DNA of 64,000 bases from contig CM082594.2 of NCBI GenBank assembly GCA_040954595.2, forward strand, positions 6,840,840 to 6,904,839, written 5' to 3'. Below, one piece after another: positions 27,926 through 41,462 of the stretch (the first letter of the stretch is position 1; every line of letters begins with the position of its first letter). The DNA is from Balanoglossus misakiensis (lineage: Eukaryota > Animalia > Hemichordata). Both the position numbers and the translations under genes were made by a program. Below the pieces are notes generated by a model. The model ran no database searches, was not told the DNA's origin, and was given only the letters and a program-made list of their open reading frames with translations.

Positions 27926-30900
27926 ATGACCGACGCAACAGGACAGATAAACCAGAACCACAGTGTTAACTGTGACAGGTAACTCATTCACGTCCATGAT
28001 CTTAATAGTAGATCCAAGTTCTGAAGCAACATCACGGTCGGTCACGCACACCGGCAGCAGATCTGTGTTTTGGTCGGGGGATTAGCCATAACAAATCCAC
28101 CACGCCACGTTCACTTATTGTTGACAAAGATGGGAAGTACAGAAAAGATATCCCACAGACGCGCGCGACGGGGCCCATTTTCATGACATGGGGCCCACAA
28201 TTTTATTAGACCGTAGATTATGCATGATCGTTCAACCTCAAGGCCGCAATGTGTAGCGGTTTGAAAAAAAATACCGGAAATTCCAAACAAAAAACAACAA
28301 CAAACGGGGGAAAAACGGCACCAAAGATAGGCGATGCCAGAATCAAAACCTGGCCTCTCTAGTTATTTTATACAGAATCTTGTGAAGAACCCCTTTTCCA
28401 TACACTGCAATTCGTAACGACCCACATGCATGTTTATTCTACTTTCGCAGTTCGGGATCCAGGGTGAGATTGCAAAATGCTCATCTGAAAGAGATGGACC
28501 ACGATATTTTGTTTCATTTTGGTTTGTCGACGAATGGAAACGATCTCCCGAAGATGTTTGGTGATGTCAAGGTAAGGATCGACGTTGCGATGCATGCGAT
28601 CGAGATGCCACACCCCCCGCAATGCACGCGCTGTCGATTTCAATGTTTACAATATTTGACCAATCAGAAGTGAAACTGACCGCTGTCTGGCCAACTGCGC
28701 ATGCCCTCGAATACACTTTCATGCTTTTCATGCTTATATATTTATAAAATTAATAATGAACTACATAAAAAACACGAAATAAATTCACTTGCAGATTTCT
28801 GATTTTTCATTTTGTGTTGTAACAGCATTAAAAGTATTTCAGTACTGCATGAATTAAAAATAAAAAAAGTGCCACAGGTTCATCAATCTATGGATCAATT
28901 ATGTAACAGATGATGTTGACAGAATTAGAAATATTACCCAAAAGGTCATGTGACTACAGTATAACACAATTGTGTGCTGCTTGTTTCACTTCATGCAATA
29001 TTGGGCATACCACAATGTTCATAGCAACTGCACGATTATGGGATTGTTTTTTGGCCTAATGCCAGACTGATCAAATTTCTTTTGTTGGTATGTCATTTTC
29101 TTTTGCTTGTTTGCTTGGTTTGCTGGAGCTAATTTCCAATGCAAAACTCTGCCATGATAGATTATCATAAAAAATAATAGTAAGTACACTGGTTCTTGAA
29201 TAAAATTATATTTCAAATATCTAAAATGACATTTAAATAACTTTTAGCTGTCAACTCATAACTATTGTAGTACTATATACAAAAAAACATTTCGTAGAAT
29301 TCAGCTGGCTGAATGCCATGTACACAGAATAGCATACACCCACTGAATTTAGATTTATTTACATTTTTAAAGTTCCCCTCTGCTAATACTCTAGCTTGTT
29401 GCCATGACAAGCTGGACCCTTTGTATGTTTGGTTCTTGTTAGAAAAAAACACAGCAACCATCCGTACCACTGAAAACAATGTGATTAGACTAAAATTGGT
29501 GATAAAATCATTCAGAATAATTTTTCTTTTTTTCTCTCTCATGAACAGTTTGTTTGTTGTGGTGGCAGCGCTGAGAGAATGAAAGCCTTTGCCAGCTTCA
29601 TTCTGAAAGAGTTGGACATTGAACTTCCTGCCGGGCAAGGGCTGTGTAATATCAGTAAGACAGACCGTTTTGTTTTGTACAAAGCAGGCCCAGTATTGTC
29701 AATCAATGTAAGTATTAAACCTAGTCACAATTTAATACCCTGCATTAGTTTATTTTCACATTTCCTCACTATGTTTTGCCTACTGTGTAGGTTGAACAAA
29801 TATAATAAAATTTTAGACTGAAAAAATGTCCACTGCAAAGAATTAAGGTGTTTTAATATTCAACTAAAACAGGCATCTAGCAAAAAATGGGCATCTATGA
29901 AAATCAGCAAGTACTAGAATTTATCAAAAATACTTCTGATGTTTTACAGAATTCAAAAGTTTCATTTTATGACTACTGTATGTTTTTTTTTCTTTTTCTC
30001 AGCATGGAATGGGTATGCCGTCCATATCTATAATGTTGAATGAAACCATCAAACTTCTGCACCACAGTGGCTGTACGGATGTTGTCATCTTGCGTCTTGG
30101 GACCTGTGGAGGGCTGGGTCTTAAGCCTGGCACTGTTGTTATTACAGAGGAAGCTGTCAATTACCAATTCCAGCCAATCTATCAGCTGGTAAGGTGGCAT
30201 TTCAGAAAACAGTTTGGATCAGTCTGGCCACTGGTTTATTTGCTAACTTTGGAACAATATCGTCGTGATCGTCTTGATTTTTGTCATTGTAAAATGTCTT
30301 CTCTTTGCAGCCGGTTCTTGGTGAGATGAAATCTTGGCCGGCGACACTGAGCAGAGAACTAGCAGAGGAAATCATGGCTTGTAGATTGCCGGATGATGAT
30401 TTTGATGCTGTCACCTATAAAACTTTATCAACTGATGACTTCTATGAAGGTATTTATTTGTGGTACTGTAACTTTATCAATAGAGATCATCCATACATTT
30501 CTCCCCCCCCCCCAATATTTTTCAGTTTATTTTTTCCCTGAGCTGGTTCTCGAAATAAAGATATTATTAATCTTACAGGTCAAGGACGGCTTGATGGAGC
30601 TTTGTGTGACTACTCTGAGGAAAGTAAGATGAACTACCTACACAAAGCACACAAGCATGGGGTCGGAAATATAGAAATGGAGTCCTCTTGCTTCGCTGCC
30701 ATGACGACAAGAGCAAACATAAAAGGTATGATAACTGTTATAGAGGATGAGAAGAGAATGAGATAAAAAAATGTTATGACATGACAACAGTAGAAGCGAT
30801 TTTTCTAAGCTTTAAATGTAATCTTATTGGAAGAGACAAATTCAAGTTCAAAAGTACTGCATCTTTTCAATCAACAGCTGGGGTGGTGTGTGTGACGCTG

Positions 30901-31029
30901 TTGAACAGACTCTGTGGGGACCAAGTGAAGACGCCCGCCGAGACTCTCCACCAATGGGAAGGAAGACCCCAGCAGCTGGTGGCGCGCTACATTCGGAAGA
31001 AACTCGAAGCGCAGCAGGGCAAACATTAA
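27926..31029 (+). CDS. UPP: Uridine phosphorylase (eukaryotic UPP1/UPP2 type)
   Basis: Exons approx. 27926-27978, 28451-28571, 29549-29707, 30003-30188, 30311-30449, 30579-30725, 30878-31029. Motifs FGDVKFVCCGGS, HGMGMPS, RLGTCGG, DDFYEGQGRLDGA, NIEMES, VCVTLLNRL. Confidence 0.95.
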
Positions 31030-31550
31030 TGTTAAGGCTCTTGTGAGATACTGCAGGATATAAATTCCTACTTAAATATCTCTGAGGTTTCACTAAAGCT
31101 ATAACATGAAACGTTTCAAGTTGCTGAAAACTTTGTACAGCTGTAAAATATATTTTAAAGTGTGTAAAAATCACACATATCAGTGATATTGCTTTTATCA
31201 TAACTGTACATTTTGATGCGTGTTTTGGTTTCAGAGATCTTGCCAACTACAACTGATTTATCACCTTTTTTTTTTTTTACCTTTTTAGCTTTCCTATTGA
31301 GCTGTATCCCATATAGGTCTCTTACTTAGAATGTAATCGTTGACAGAGATGTACATATATTTAGTATATAGCCTTGGTGTATATAGCAAAGTGACTGAAG
31401 GTCACAAGAGTACTAATAATATATAGTGTCATATATACAGATGTTCTTTTCTACTTCTGAACACTACTGGCATTTCAGAAATGGATAAATATCTCACTAC
31501 TGGATGTCTACACTCACATGTAATGTGAACGAGTACTAATTTGATCAATT

Positions 31551-31644
31551 TTAACCCTATCACCCCCAGTTCCCTCTTTGGAGGTCCAACCTTACCATTA
31601 AAAAACAATGGGCTTGGACTGAACCATGGTGGTGAAAGGGTTAG
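31551..31644 (+). mobile_element. MITE family A, best copy (piggyBac-like TTAA-CCC...GGG termini), in the presumed UPP 3' UTR
   Basis: TTAA CCCTATCACCCCCA ... TGGTGGTGAAAGGG TTAG; terminal inverted repeats match 12/14; 86 bp body. Confidence 0.8.
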
Positions 31645-34431
31645 AGCTTCCCCAAGATTAAAGATTGAGAATGGTCATGGACTAAATATTCTACATATTC
31701 AAGAAAATTAACAATTTTGTAGTTTCTGACTTGGCCATTTGCTTGTATATATTGTATTGTTGTACATATGCACATGAAAGTGGTGTAATAAAGTTGAGTA
31801 ACCCAGCATCTGAAGTGAATAATTTGATCCTTCAGTGGAAGTACTGAATTGCGCCCCCAACGACAACGGGACTGTTTCTCATCACCTAGCACATTTCGCT
31901 CGCAAAGTCAGTGTGCTCTTTCTTGGCTCTGCCAAAATGCATTTATGTGAAGAAAACGGTCTAGATACCAGTCTATTAAAGACATAGTGAAAACATTTCC
32001 TTGCATTATCAGTGATTTCATGAAAGAAATTACACGACTGAAATAGGTTTTTACAACACTGGACATTGACAATACATGCACATTCTTTGTAAATGTCATC
32101 ACAAGATACTACCGGTACTACCGGTAAATATAGGTTGTCACTTGACAACTGTTGCCAGGTACACACCCATTTTTCACCAGCTTCCAGAGGTACACTACAC
32201 ATACCATCAACACAACAAGACAGCACAGAGATCAAGTATGCTGTTTTTTTAGACTTTATTTGTCATCCCATAACATTCTGTTCTAGCTCTCTCTCTATCT
32301 TTATACAGAACAATGGGAAATATAACTTAATAATGTAGTAAATGCAACTTTGGAAATGCACAGAAAAAAATGACTAGTAATAATGTTATGCAATGTTGCA
32401 TATGTTAGCTCCCCTCTTTTTTTTTTTAAGTTTTTCTTTTTGATATAGTTTTCTCTTAAAGCACTGATACAAAAAAAATCACTTTCTTACAAATGGTACT
32501 GTCTATATGTGCATGGGAATGGCTGTAGTATCCTTTCCCATAATCCCACCTGCATCAAACCCATGCATGTGCCTGAGATAGTTTTTTTCTTCTTATATAC
32601 ACGCTTTCTTCAAAGAGATCCACGACTCTAAATATGTCACAATTACACAATTTACTTAATTTACTATAAGTATAACAGTTCCTTTATCGTCACAAAAAAT
32701 ATTCCGATGGCAACTAAAAGCCTCCGCCCAGAAATTGCAGTTGCAAATTTTTCCTTTGCGGGGGGCAAACACATCCTTCTTGGATTACTCGGAAAAATCA
32801 AGTAGGCTACAATTGCCTGGTTGACTGGAAGCGTTTCATTATATGAAGAAATACTTGGCAGATTGCCAAGTCTACTTGTAATGTTTTAACTTCAGAAACC
32901 CCCTTATAATCTGTTACTGTACACTAACTGACCTCCAATTCCAAGGGCAAGGTCAGAGGACTAGTCAAGGTCCATTTTATAGTGAAAAAAAAATAAGTTT
33001 TCGATTCTACCTTACTACACAACAAGATATTATCAAACTTGTCAAATTGATTTAAAGTCTACCTGTCATACATATAAATTGGCAATGGTATGAGCTTTTG
33101 CTTTTAATACTCCCGGTTTAAGGTTGCAAAATTTGCTCACACACAAGTCATCTGCGCAATTGCACCTGCAACTGGTGTAACAGCATTGAAAGTGTATAAG
33201 AATCCTATTATTCACCAGCAAATCTGAATGCTTGCACAAATGTGTGTGTGTGGATAGATCTAGCTACTTCATCAACAGTGCACTAGCATATTAGCACACT
33301 AAGCTCATTGAAAAATGCCCTGCTTGCTGCACGACACTTGCCGATACGACACAAAGCATTGGCAAAGTTTACACTCCCTAGTTTCTCCACGCTAAATTCA
33401 GAAAAAGTTGTCTGCCCTAAACTTGGCAACAGGAATTTTCACTAGTTGTAAACTTTTTTTTTTTAATCTGGCATTATCTCTGTATATGAATCGTCTAACT
33501 GCAAAGTCTGCAGGCAAACATTTTTTCAAAAATGTGCAAAATATCTTAAAAAGAAACGCCGTATTAACCAAAAAATTAAGCCCAAGTAGTGCTAGTCATA
33601 ATAGACTTTTTTCAAATCTTGCAATACCCAATTATCAAAACTAGGTAGCTCAAAAATAGGAAAAACTATATTTGTTTTAAAAGCCATAGAGGACCCTGAC
33701 ATTACCCGATACCATCCATATAGCAAAATAATGGACCAGGTGGTTTTTGCAACTATAGCAGTAAATGTCAACAGACTTTCTCACAATAAGGTCACAGAAC
33801 ACAAGGATGAATGAGGCTATAGATTCAGCTGCTTAAAAAACCAAGCAACTGCAAAAAAGATGTTGAAACATGAAAAGTATTGTTTTAGGTTTTTTTTCCT
33901 CTTCTCTGTTTACACCTTGTGTGCTGAAGAGATGGCATATATAAAAAAGATACTTTAATTTATAGGAGAGAATGAAATGTCTGCTTCTGAGCATGATTTG
34001 GATCTACCGGTATTCCCTCTGAGTGACTGAGTGCAAACACATGATGCATGTCGATGCTACAAAACTTAAAGGAAAATTAATCGAAGAAACTGGAAGCATG
34101 GCTAAATCAAGGCCAATTGCACCACATTGTCTAAACTTGGCCAGTTTTCGTGGAATGCTTCAATCATGAGGCTTTTTAGTATATATATTTTTTTTTTGCT
34201 TTTTTACAAAGTATATTTAAGCTCTACGGGTGTACCCTGGTGTCAGGGTCGACAAAATCCAACCATTCTTGATCATTTCTGGTATCTCCAAGAATTTTTA
34301 TATTTAAGTAAATGTCACGTTGAAATATGCTGATCCGCAATTTCAGTCTTTTTTTAAATTTTTAAAAAATAAATGTCCTTCGAAAACGAGCCGCCCACTG
34401 CCTGTCGTTTCTCGCAGATGGTTGTTTAACT

Positions 34432-37400
34432 TTATGGTGGTGGCGGTAAAGGCGGTAACGGAGGTGGGTTGCCCCGTGGTAGTGGTGGCGGAGGCGGGTC
34501 GGGAGGTAGAGGTGGTTGATTGGCGCCTGTCTCCATGGGCAGCACGGGCGGCGGCGGTCCTACGGAGTAGGACAACTGCTGGCCCAGGAACATGCTGAAG
34601 TCGCTGGTGGGGTCTGGCGCCCGCCCGCCGCCGCCCTCGCTCTCGTTCATGAGCGCCGCGCTCAGGGCCTGCTGCAGGATGTCCGTCTCAGCCAGGTGGC
34701 CCGTCGGCTCCGGCGGCGGCATGGGCAGGCGCAGCAGAGACTGGTTGCCCGGCAACGTAAGGCCACTTTGTTTGGAGGGAGACGACGACATGACGTAACT
34801 GCTGGACGTGGCGGCCTTCTTGGCCGGGGACGACTGGTGGTGGTGGTGGTAGCCGTCGGGGTTCTTGGTGTGCGGCTGCAAGCGAGCCACTCGGCCGGGA
34901 CTGTGCGGCCGCTTGCCTGCAGCGGCGGCGCTTGAGCTGTGGGTTTTCTGCGAGTGAGGGGCGCTGCGTCTCTCTCCTGAGCTGTGGTGTTTTTGCTGCT
35001 GTTTGCTGTGGTGATGGTGGTGGTGGTGTCGCTCTCGTTCTCGGCTGGAGGAGTTGCCGCTGACAACCTGCGGAGCCTGGGCTGGATTGACGCTTGGCGG
35101 CCTCTCCTTGTGCTCCGACTTGCCCGGCCTCTCCTTCACAACTTTGGTTCCGTTCTGCGTGTGTTCCGACGCGTTTTTCTGGTGATGGCCCTTGTAATCT
35201 CGGTGCTTGCTCTCCTTGTTGCCGGGCGGCGCCTGGTGCTGTTCGCCACTGTGCGCCCGGCGATCCGAGTGACCTCTCTGCGCGCCGTGGGGCGGATGCT
35301 CGGCGACCCCAACAACCCTGAGATGTTCGACGCCGCCCGACGAGTGGTGGTCGCCACCGTGGGCCTTGGCACTGCCGCCGTGGCGAGGCTCGGACCCCGG
35401 CTTGTGGTGCAGCAGCTCCGCACTGTGCTGCTTGGCGTGCTGCTGGTGCTTTCGCTCTTTGGCGTGCGAAGGGTGAGGCCGGTGGCCGTGCTCGCCACTT
35501 TTCTGTTTGTATTCCCCGTGGGCAGTGTTTGGGTCGCCTTTGTCCCGGTCGCCGGGCGCTCTCCCCCGGTCCTTGTACTCTTTGTGCAGCGACGCCTGAG
35601 CCTCCGGCTTCACTTTCTCCAACTCTCGCTTGGTCTGCTGTCTGTCGTGGTTGCTCAGTTCCGCGTTCGCTTTCGATGTTGAAGGTTGGCTATGGTCGAT
35701 AGAAATGATTTTCAATGTCAATGGAGTAAAGCCGGGGGAGCTCTCGGCTGACGAAGGCTCATTCTTGATTTTCTTTGAGCTTTGTTGCGCATTACTCTGC
35801 AAAAGCAAAAAAAAAAAAAACATCAGGATGGAGAAACAACATCTACAATTGTAGTAATAAAGAAACACACAGTAAATCCTGTGCCACTAAATCAATGTTG
35901 TTATAACTAAAGTCTTACCTTGCTTATGTGTATTTTTCTTTTGAGTCTGCTCGGACATCTGTCCATAATTTGCACAAACTCTGAGGTTAATTCTGTAGAG
36001 AGAAACAGATACAAATTTATTGTCTTTGAACATAATACTGCATATATTCAGAATGAACCTTGCGGTATCCGTGGCTTTCCAAATTGTCCCGTCGCTGAAG
36101 ATTTTGCACAGAACCAGGTGGTAAATACAACAATATCCCACTAAAATAAAGATGCATGCATGTTTTTGATTAATCAATACAAGTAAATGATTTCGTTCCA
36201 CCCCTTGATTTAATTAATTAACATGGTAAAATAGAGGTCTGAAAGCGACGCAGTGACATACCGTCTAGTTTACTTTGAGTTACTGTGTTATCTACGTATT
36301 CCCACCAATGCTTGCCATCACTAGAGAGCGGAATCTGATCGAAAGTCAATAAAAGAGAAAATAACACCCTGTCAAATACAATATCATCAAGATAGTCTAG
36401 CAATCAACATATGTACTAACTTACACATGTACAAACGCTGAACGATGAAAAAAGACAATTGACTGAATGTTGTTTAACACTACCACTGCAACTAGTGACC
36501 TTGATACACAGACATGGATATAAGAAGGTAAGGTCAAGGTTAAAACTGATCATACTTCTTACCTCCCAATTAGACCATTTGCAGGCAAGGTGAATACATA
36601 CACAAGCTACTGTTGTGGGTTTATACTGGAGAGAGAAAGTTGTCAGATGCAAGCTGTAACAGAAAACAACAAAGACATCAAAAATTTGAAACCAAAAAGA
36701 GGCTTCAACATTTTTTAATAAGTTTCCTTACAAACTCCACGTTTTGTGCTTCTGGCAAGTTTATTGCTCCACACGGTATATGATCACATCCATCCTATAG
36801 CAATAAATGAAAACTTACACTAAGATAGAATTTGTGATTTCCTGTGATTGGAGCAAAAGAAATATATTCGCTCGAGAAATATATTCTTTGTTTTGAAGAA
36901 CAAACCAGAAGAGAATCGACTTCATTTCATATGTAGTCCCTAATGTTTGGGACATTACTGTAGTCTCTTGCTGGACCAAAGGTGGCCATTTTTTTTTTCG
37001 GGACATCTTTCAGATCCCTTTGACTTTGAGACATATCTTTCACGTTATTACTACATGTAAAAAGGTGGTCACAAACGACTACTACACACAAGATTGTCGT
37101 AGAAGACCCTCGGGGATTACTGAATGGCTGCCAGCACTCAAAAACCAAACAGGAAAACCGGTCGTGGAAACGCGTTCAGATGCGGTCGAGACACTGGACA
37201 AACACAGACAATACTTCCCGGAGAGTTTTCGTGGCAACGGAAAGTTTATCGTTTACGTATAGAGAAAAATAATAAGAGGCAAACGAGGCTGCACCACCTG
37301 TTGGTCGCCATGAAATATGCGGTCTGTGCCAGGTCCTTATTGGCTGCACCGTGGAACAGACACACAGCAGGCACCGTGACACATCACCCAGGGGAAGAAA

Positions 37401-39967
37401 AAGGAAAATAATTAGCCGATTGCGGATAACAAAGCTGAAACAAGACAAAACATTCGAAATAGCGAGATTCACCACCGACCAGCACACCAGTTGTCTCAAA
37501 GTGAAACTTTCCGTTTTGATGGCATGCACAGAAATTTGGTGGATAACACAACACACATCCTCATCATGGACGATTTTGAACTTGAAATTGGTTGATTAGA
37601 CAAATGTGAAGAGATGGAGAGAACTAACTGGTGTGCTGAAGTGTCAAAGCACTTTGCAAACATGAGATGTCGACAATCTGACCACCGTTCAACGACTGTG
37701 CGGTTTTCCCACCTTGCACACATCCCAGGCATGTTTTCCTGCCTTTTTTTTATATCTGTCGCAACAAATACTCACACCGTACAAACAAGTGAAAATGTGC
37801 ACAATAAATTAATTACAAGAGGGCTTATCATTTTCATATAATCCAAAGCAAATCTGTATTCCATCACAGGCAATGTTTGGGACAATTTTTTAAATTTCTG
37901 ACATATCTCTGTAACAATCAGGATCTAGGCATTGCCTGTCAACAAGAAACAAAAGTTTTATTAGAAAGAAAAAGAGAGAGAGAGAAAGAAAGTCTGAAAG
38001 AAAGTTTTCTCTGGTGAGTAGGATCTGCACTTACCTCTAATTAGCTGAGTGCATTTTACTACGTGCGTATGTGGGTGGTCTATTGCAACATTGAATCCTG
38101 TCGGAAATGGGAAAGAAAACAAAATCACTGCATGATCAAGGACATGAGAACCAATGCACCCGTTTGACTGATACACTTGATAGATCTTAAAAAATATTAG
38201 AAATCACAACTTCAAATGCCTGAAGTGGCCGTATGTAAATTGGAGAGGATTTGTGGTATCCCTTTTTATTTGCATATTCAACTTACCTAGGGTTTGTAGG
38301 AGTATACTTTCAAGTATAACAATTTCTTGGGCTTTTTCCAAGTATGTCTGTGAATACCAAGAACAAAAGATGTCATTACCAGCAAGTGGTGTGTGTGTGT
38401 GGACTATTCACTATACATAACATGTAAATATGCCACAGACCCAGACGAGTCTGGGCGAGGCAGTACAAGTCCAAGGCTTACCAAGGGCTTCACCAACTCC
38501 TGCTCGCAACAACAGTACTGTACTTACTGTACACAGCAAATGAGGGTCTGACACTTACCTCACTCTGAGGATCCAGTGCTGGGCCATCTCTGTTGAGGCA
38601 TAAGTGGGCTACTCTAACTACATGTTCTAATTTCCTGGGCTGTTCCTCCACTTTGGCTGCTATAAAAAGTGCAGTTGGACCCATACTCTGTGGATGGAGT
38701 AAAACGTGTTATAGAATGTAGACTGGGGTGTTATAGGTCATAGCTTTCGTCAAACTTGTACTGTACACGGTTGAATGCCTCACAAATTCAACACATATCA
38801 AATTGACACACCATTATTCCAAAATATAATTTCTTGGTCAAATATTCTTGAGGAAGCCAGTTGTACAATACTCAAAGCCTGATTGTACATTTAACTGCCT
38901 GGCAGAAAAGACCAACAAATCGTTTAGGATCACAGAGGAATGGACAACTCTACTTACATTGCGGTGGAACTTCTGAAATGAGTGATACATGTAGAAGCGG
39001 TGCATGTACATAATAGCAGTGTTTATGCATAGTTGTGTTCTGAGAGTCCATGGTCAAGGTCAACAACACAAGAGTACTAAGACATCTCACAGCCTACCCC
39101 CAACATGCCCCCGAACATTTGCACCCCTCTTTCTAAATCTAGAAAATGCATTGAAATGTCACTGACACAAGGTCCACTGAATTATTCGTGTTTAGGCAAA
39201 TTTATAATAATTGCAAAAAATTAAAATAATATAATAATTAAAATACAGGCCATCAACTACAAAATGCATGTGCATATTATTTCGACTGTAAAATAACATG
39301 TAGAACTTTTGAATGGCTTCCCCTCTATGCATAAACATGAAGCTTTTGGGTGTTGTTAATTACAGTTCTTTGTTTAATATTTCGCATATCTGCAATGTTT
39401 CATAAAATCTTATTCCATGAAACAGCAAATTTATACTATCTGAATACCGTTCCTATTCGCTAGACGACGAAATGGGTAACACATTTTCATTTTGAAGCCT
39501 GCTTAGTAACCGTTTCTTGGAAATTGCAGTGGTTGAGGAAACGCGGCATAATCAATGGAGGTCATCGCATTGCTTTCAAGGTCACGTCACATAATCACAC
39601 TTAGAAACCCTTTACAATGCCAGTCCACACTCCACTGAAACAAAAATTTGTACTTTATGCGACAAAGAACACGAACAGACAAACTTAAAAGGCGACACTT
39701 GCTTACAAAACGAATGTCACGATATTTCCACGATTTAACCACGCGAACACACGCGGTTGCATATGCGCCATTTTTACCAGTCCATTTTGAAAGCTTATTT
39801 CACAACGTTGAAGGATACACATTCAAACGCTGACCCATGTCCTGGATCAGGTTGGCGGCCTGTTGCCTGTAGGACAGTTCTTTCTCCGGGTCGACTCCAT
39901 GTCTTCGTGATGGACTGTTCATAAGTTGTTCTTTCGTAAAGTACCATCGTTCAGGGTCGACCGCCAT
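34432..39967 (-). CDS. CCNT: Cyclin T (P-TEFb regulatory subunit)
   Basis: Ten exons: [36 protein letters not shown]|[99 protein letters not shown], then a long GC-rich last exon with a His-rich domain and Pro-rich terminus [11 protein letters not shown]. Confidence 0.97.
39040..39818 (-). other. U12-type (minor spliceosome) GT-AG intron 1 of cyclin T
   Basis: 5' site GTATCCTT (39818-39811); branch site CCTTGAC (39059-39053) with branch A ~15 nt from the AG; no polypyrimidine tract; splicing restores RLNV|TQLCINTA. Confidence 0.92.
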
Positions 39968-41462
39968 TAGACCCGGTGTGGCGACACACAGACGTAATCG
40001 CTGGACGTAGATGTAAGGGAGGGTCTGATTGGACGACACCTAATAATGGGTTAACTGGTGTTTTCGGTTGCATCGTGTTCAAAGAAGATAATTCATCTGA
40101 AAATCAAAATTCAACTGTAAAAGAAGAGAAAATCTCTCAGTGGAAATTGTAAACGAAGTAAAAATAATTTCACTGGAAAAACACAAGTGTTCAAAGAAAT
40201 CACACGCGCCAATAAAAATTCACGTTATAAATGAGCACGCAGATACCTGAAAGAATCTTCGAATCCACGTGAATTCTCGCATATGATCGCGTTAGTTTGC
40301 CAAGTCGGCGAAAAGTTGTGCGAGATATGCCGAGAATTCGTAGTGGCCTGGCTTTCCTTGGTGAAAAGCAAAACCCAAATTTGCCCAAAATTTACCGTGG
40401 CCTGCTTCCATCTTAGTAAGTAACCGTCAAAAATCACTCCAGGCCTGGAAAAGTTGTGACCAGCACAAAATTTGTTCGTATCCATGTCGCGATTGAGACA
40501 GGGCGAGCAAATTTTGCGGAGCTGAGTCAGCGTGGCAATGGCGACTCGGGCATAATCAGTTTGTGCCATCATGTGATCAAACGAGACGTCATCAGCATAT
40601 TATAGACCTGGTGGATAATAGACACTCACACACATTCACACTGTACCGTGGTGTTCACGCCACCGATTTATCGTGGTCCGTGTCAGCTTGTACTAAGGTC
40701 AACCTTACGCCTGACAGGTAAATTTGTTTGAGAAAGCCCCTTCCTATTCTGATCGGTGCTATTTTAGTATATTTCAAGGGTTTTTCCCTGGAATCTGAGA
40801 AAGACTGCTCTTGATCACTCGCCTTTTGGGAAGTTGCTGACATTGTTGTTGGGGTACATTGTCAGTGTTTATTTAGTGATGTGTGTGTTCTGCTGTTTTT
40901 TGGTCATGTCTGTTTTCTGCTGTGAAACTTCTGTTTCTTGAATATCTCTCACAACTACAGTATGGGAAGTAACTTTTAAATTTATTGTGTGTGGAATTAT
41001 TACCATTAACTGTACTATTGATCAAAAACCAGCTGATGTTGTCCAACACATGTGATCAATGTTGTAGTTGTAGTTGTATTGTTACTCTTGTCAGAGAAAG
41101 TACTCACATGCATTTTACCAATGTTTCTTCTTTTGGTATTTTGCCACTTTGCACCAACATTTGTCCAGAATAAAATCATATGAATATTAGTATCACTATG
41201 TGAATATAAATTCCATAAGATTAATGTGTGGATGATGAGGCTTGTCAGTTTCTGTTTATTATTGACACGTTCGTCTGTTTCAGTGTATGAGCTCCTATGA
41301 AATGTACATTGGAATGTAAGATGTTACCATTTTACGACCATTTACATGTACATAGCTTTATTATGTAAAAATTATTTTTAAATAAATATTTTTGGAAGCT
41401 TATGATTGTTGATTCACGTGACATTAACTTTCATTTTATGATGTTCTCCTACAGAAGCCACC

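Noticed and set aside
34516-35682. Several long overlapping ORFs inside the cyclin T last exon
   Set aside because: Shadow ORFs caused by high GC and low-complexity codons; they have no recognisable domains.
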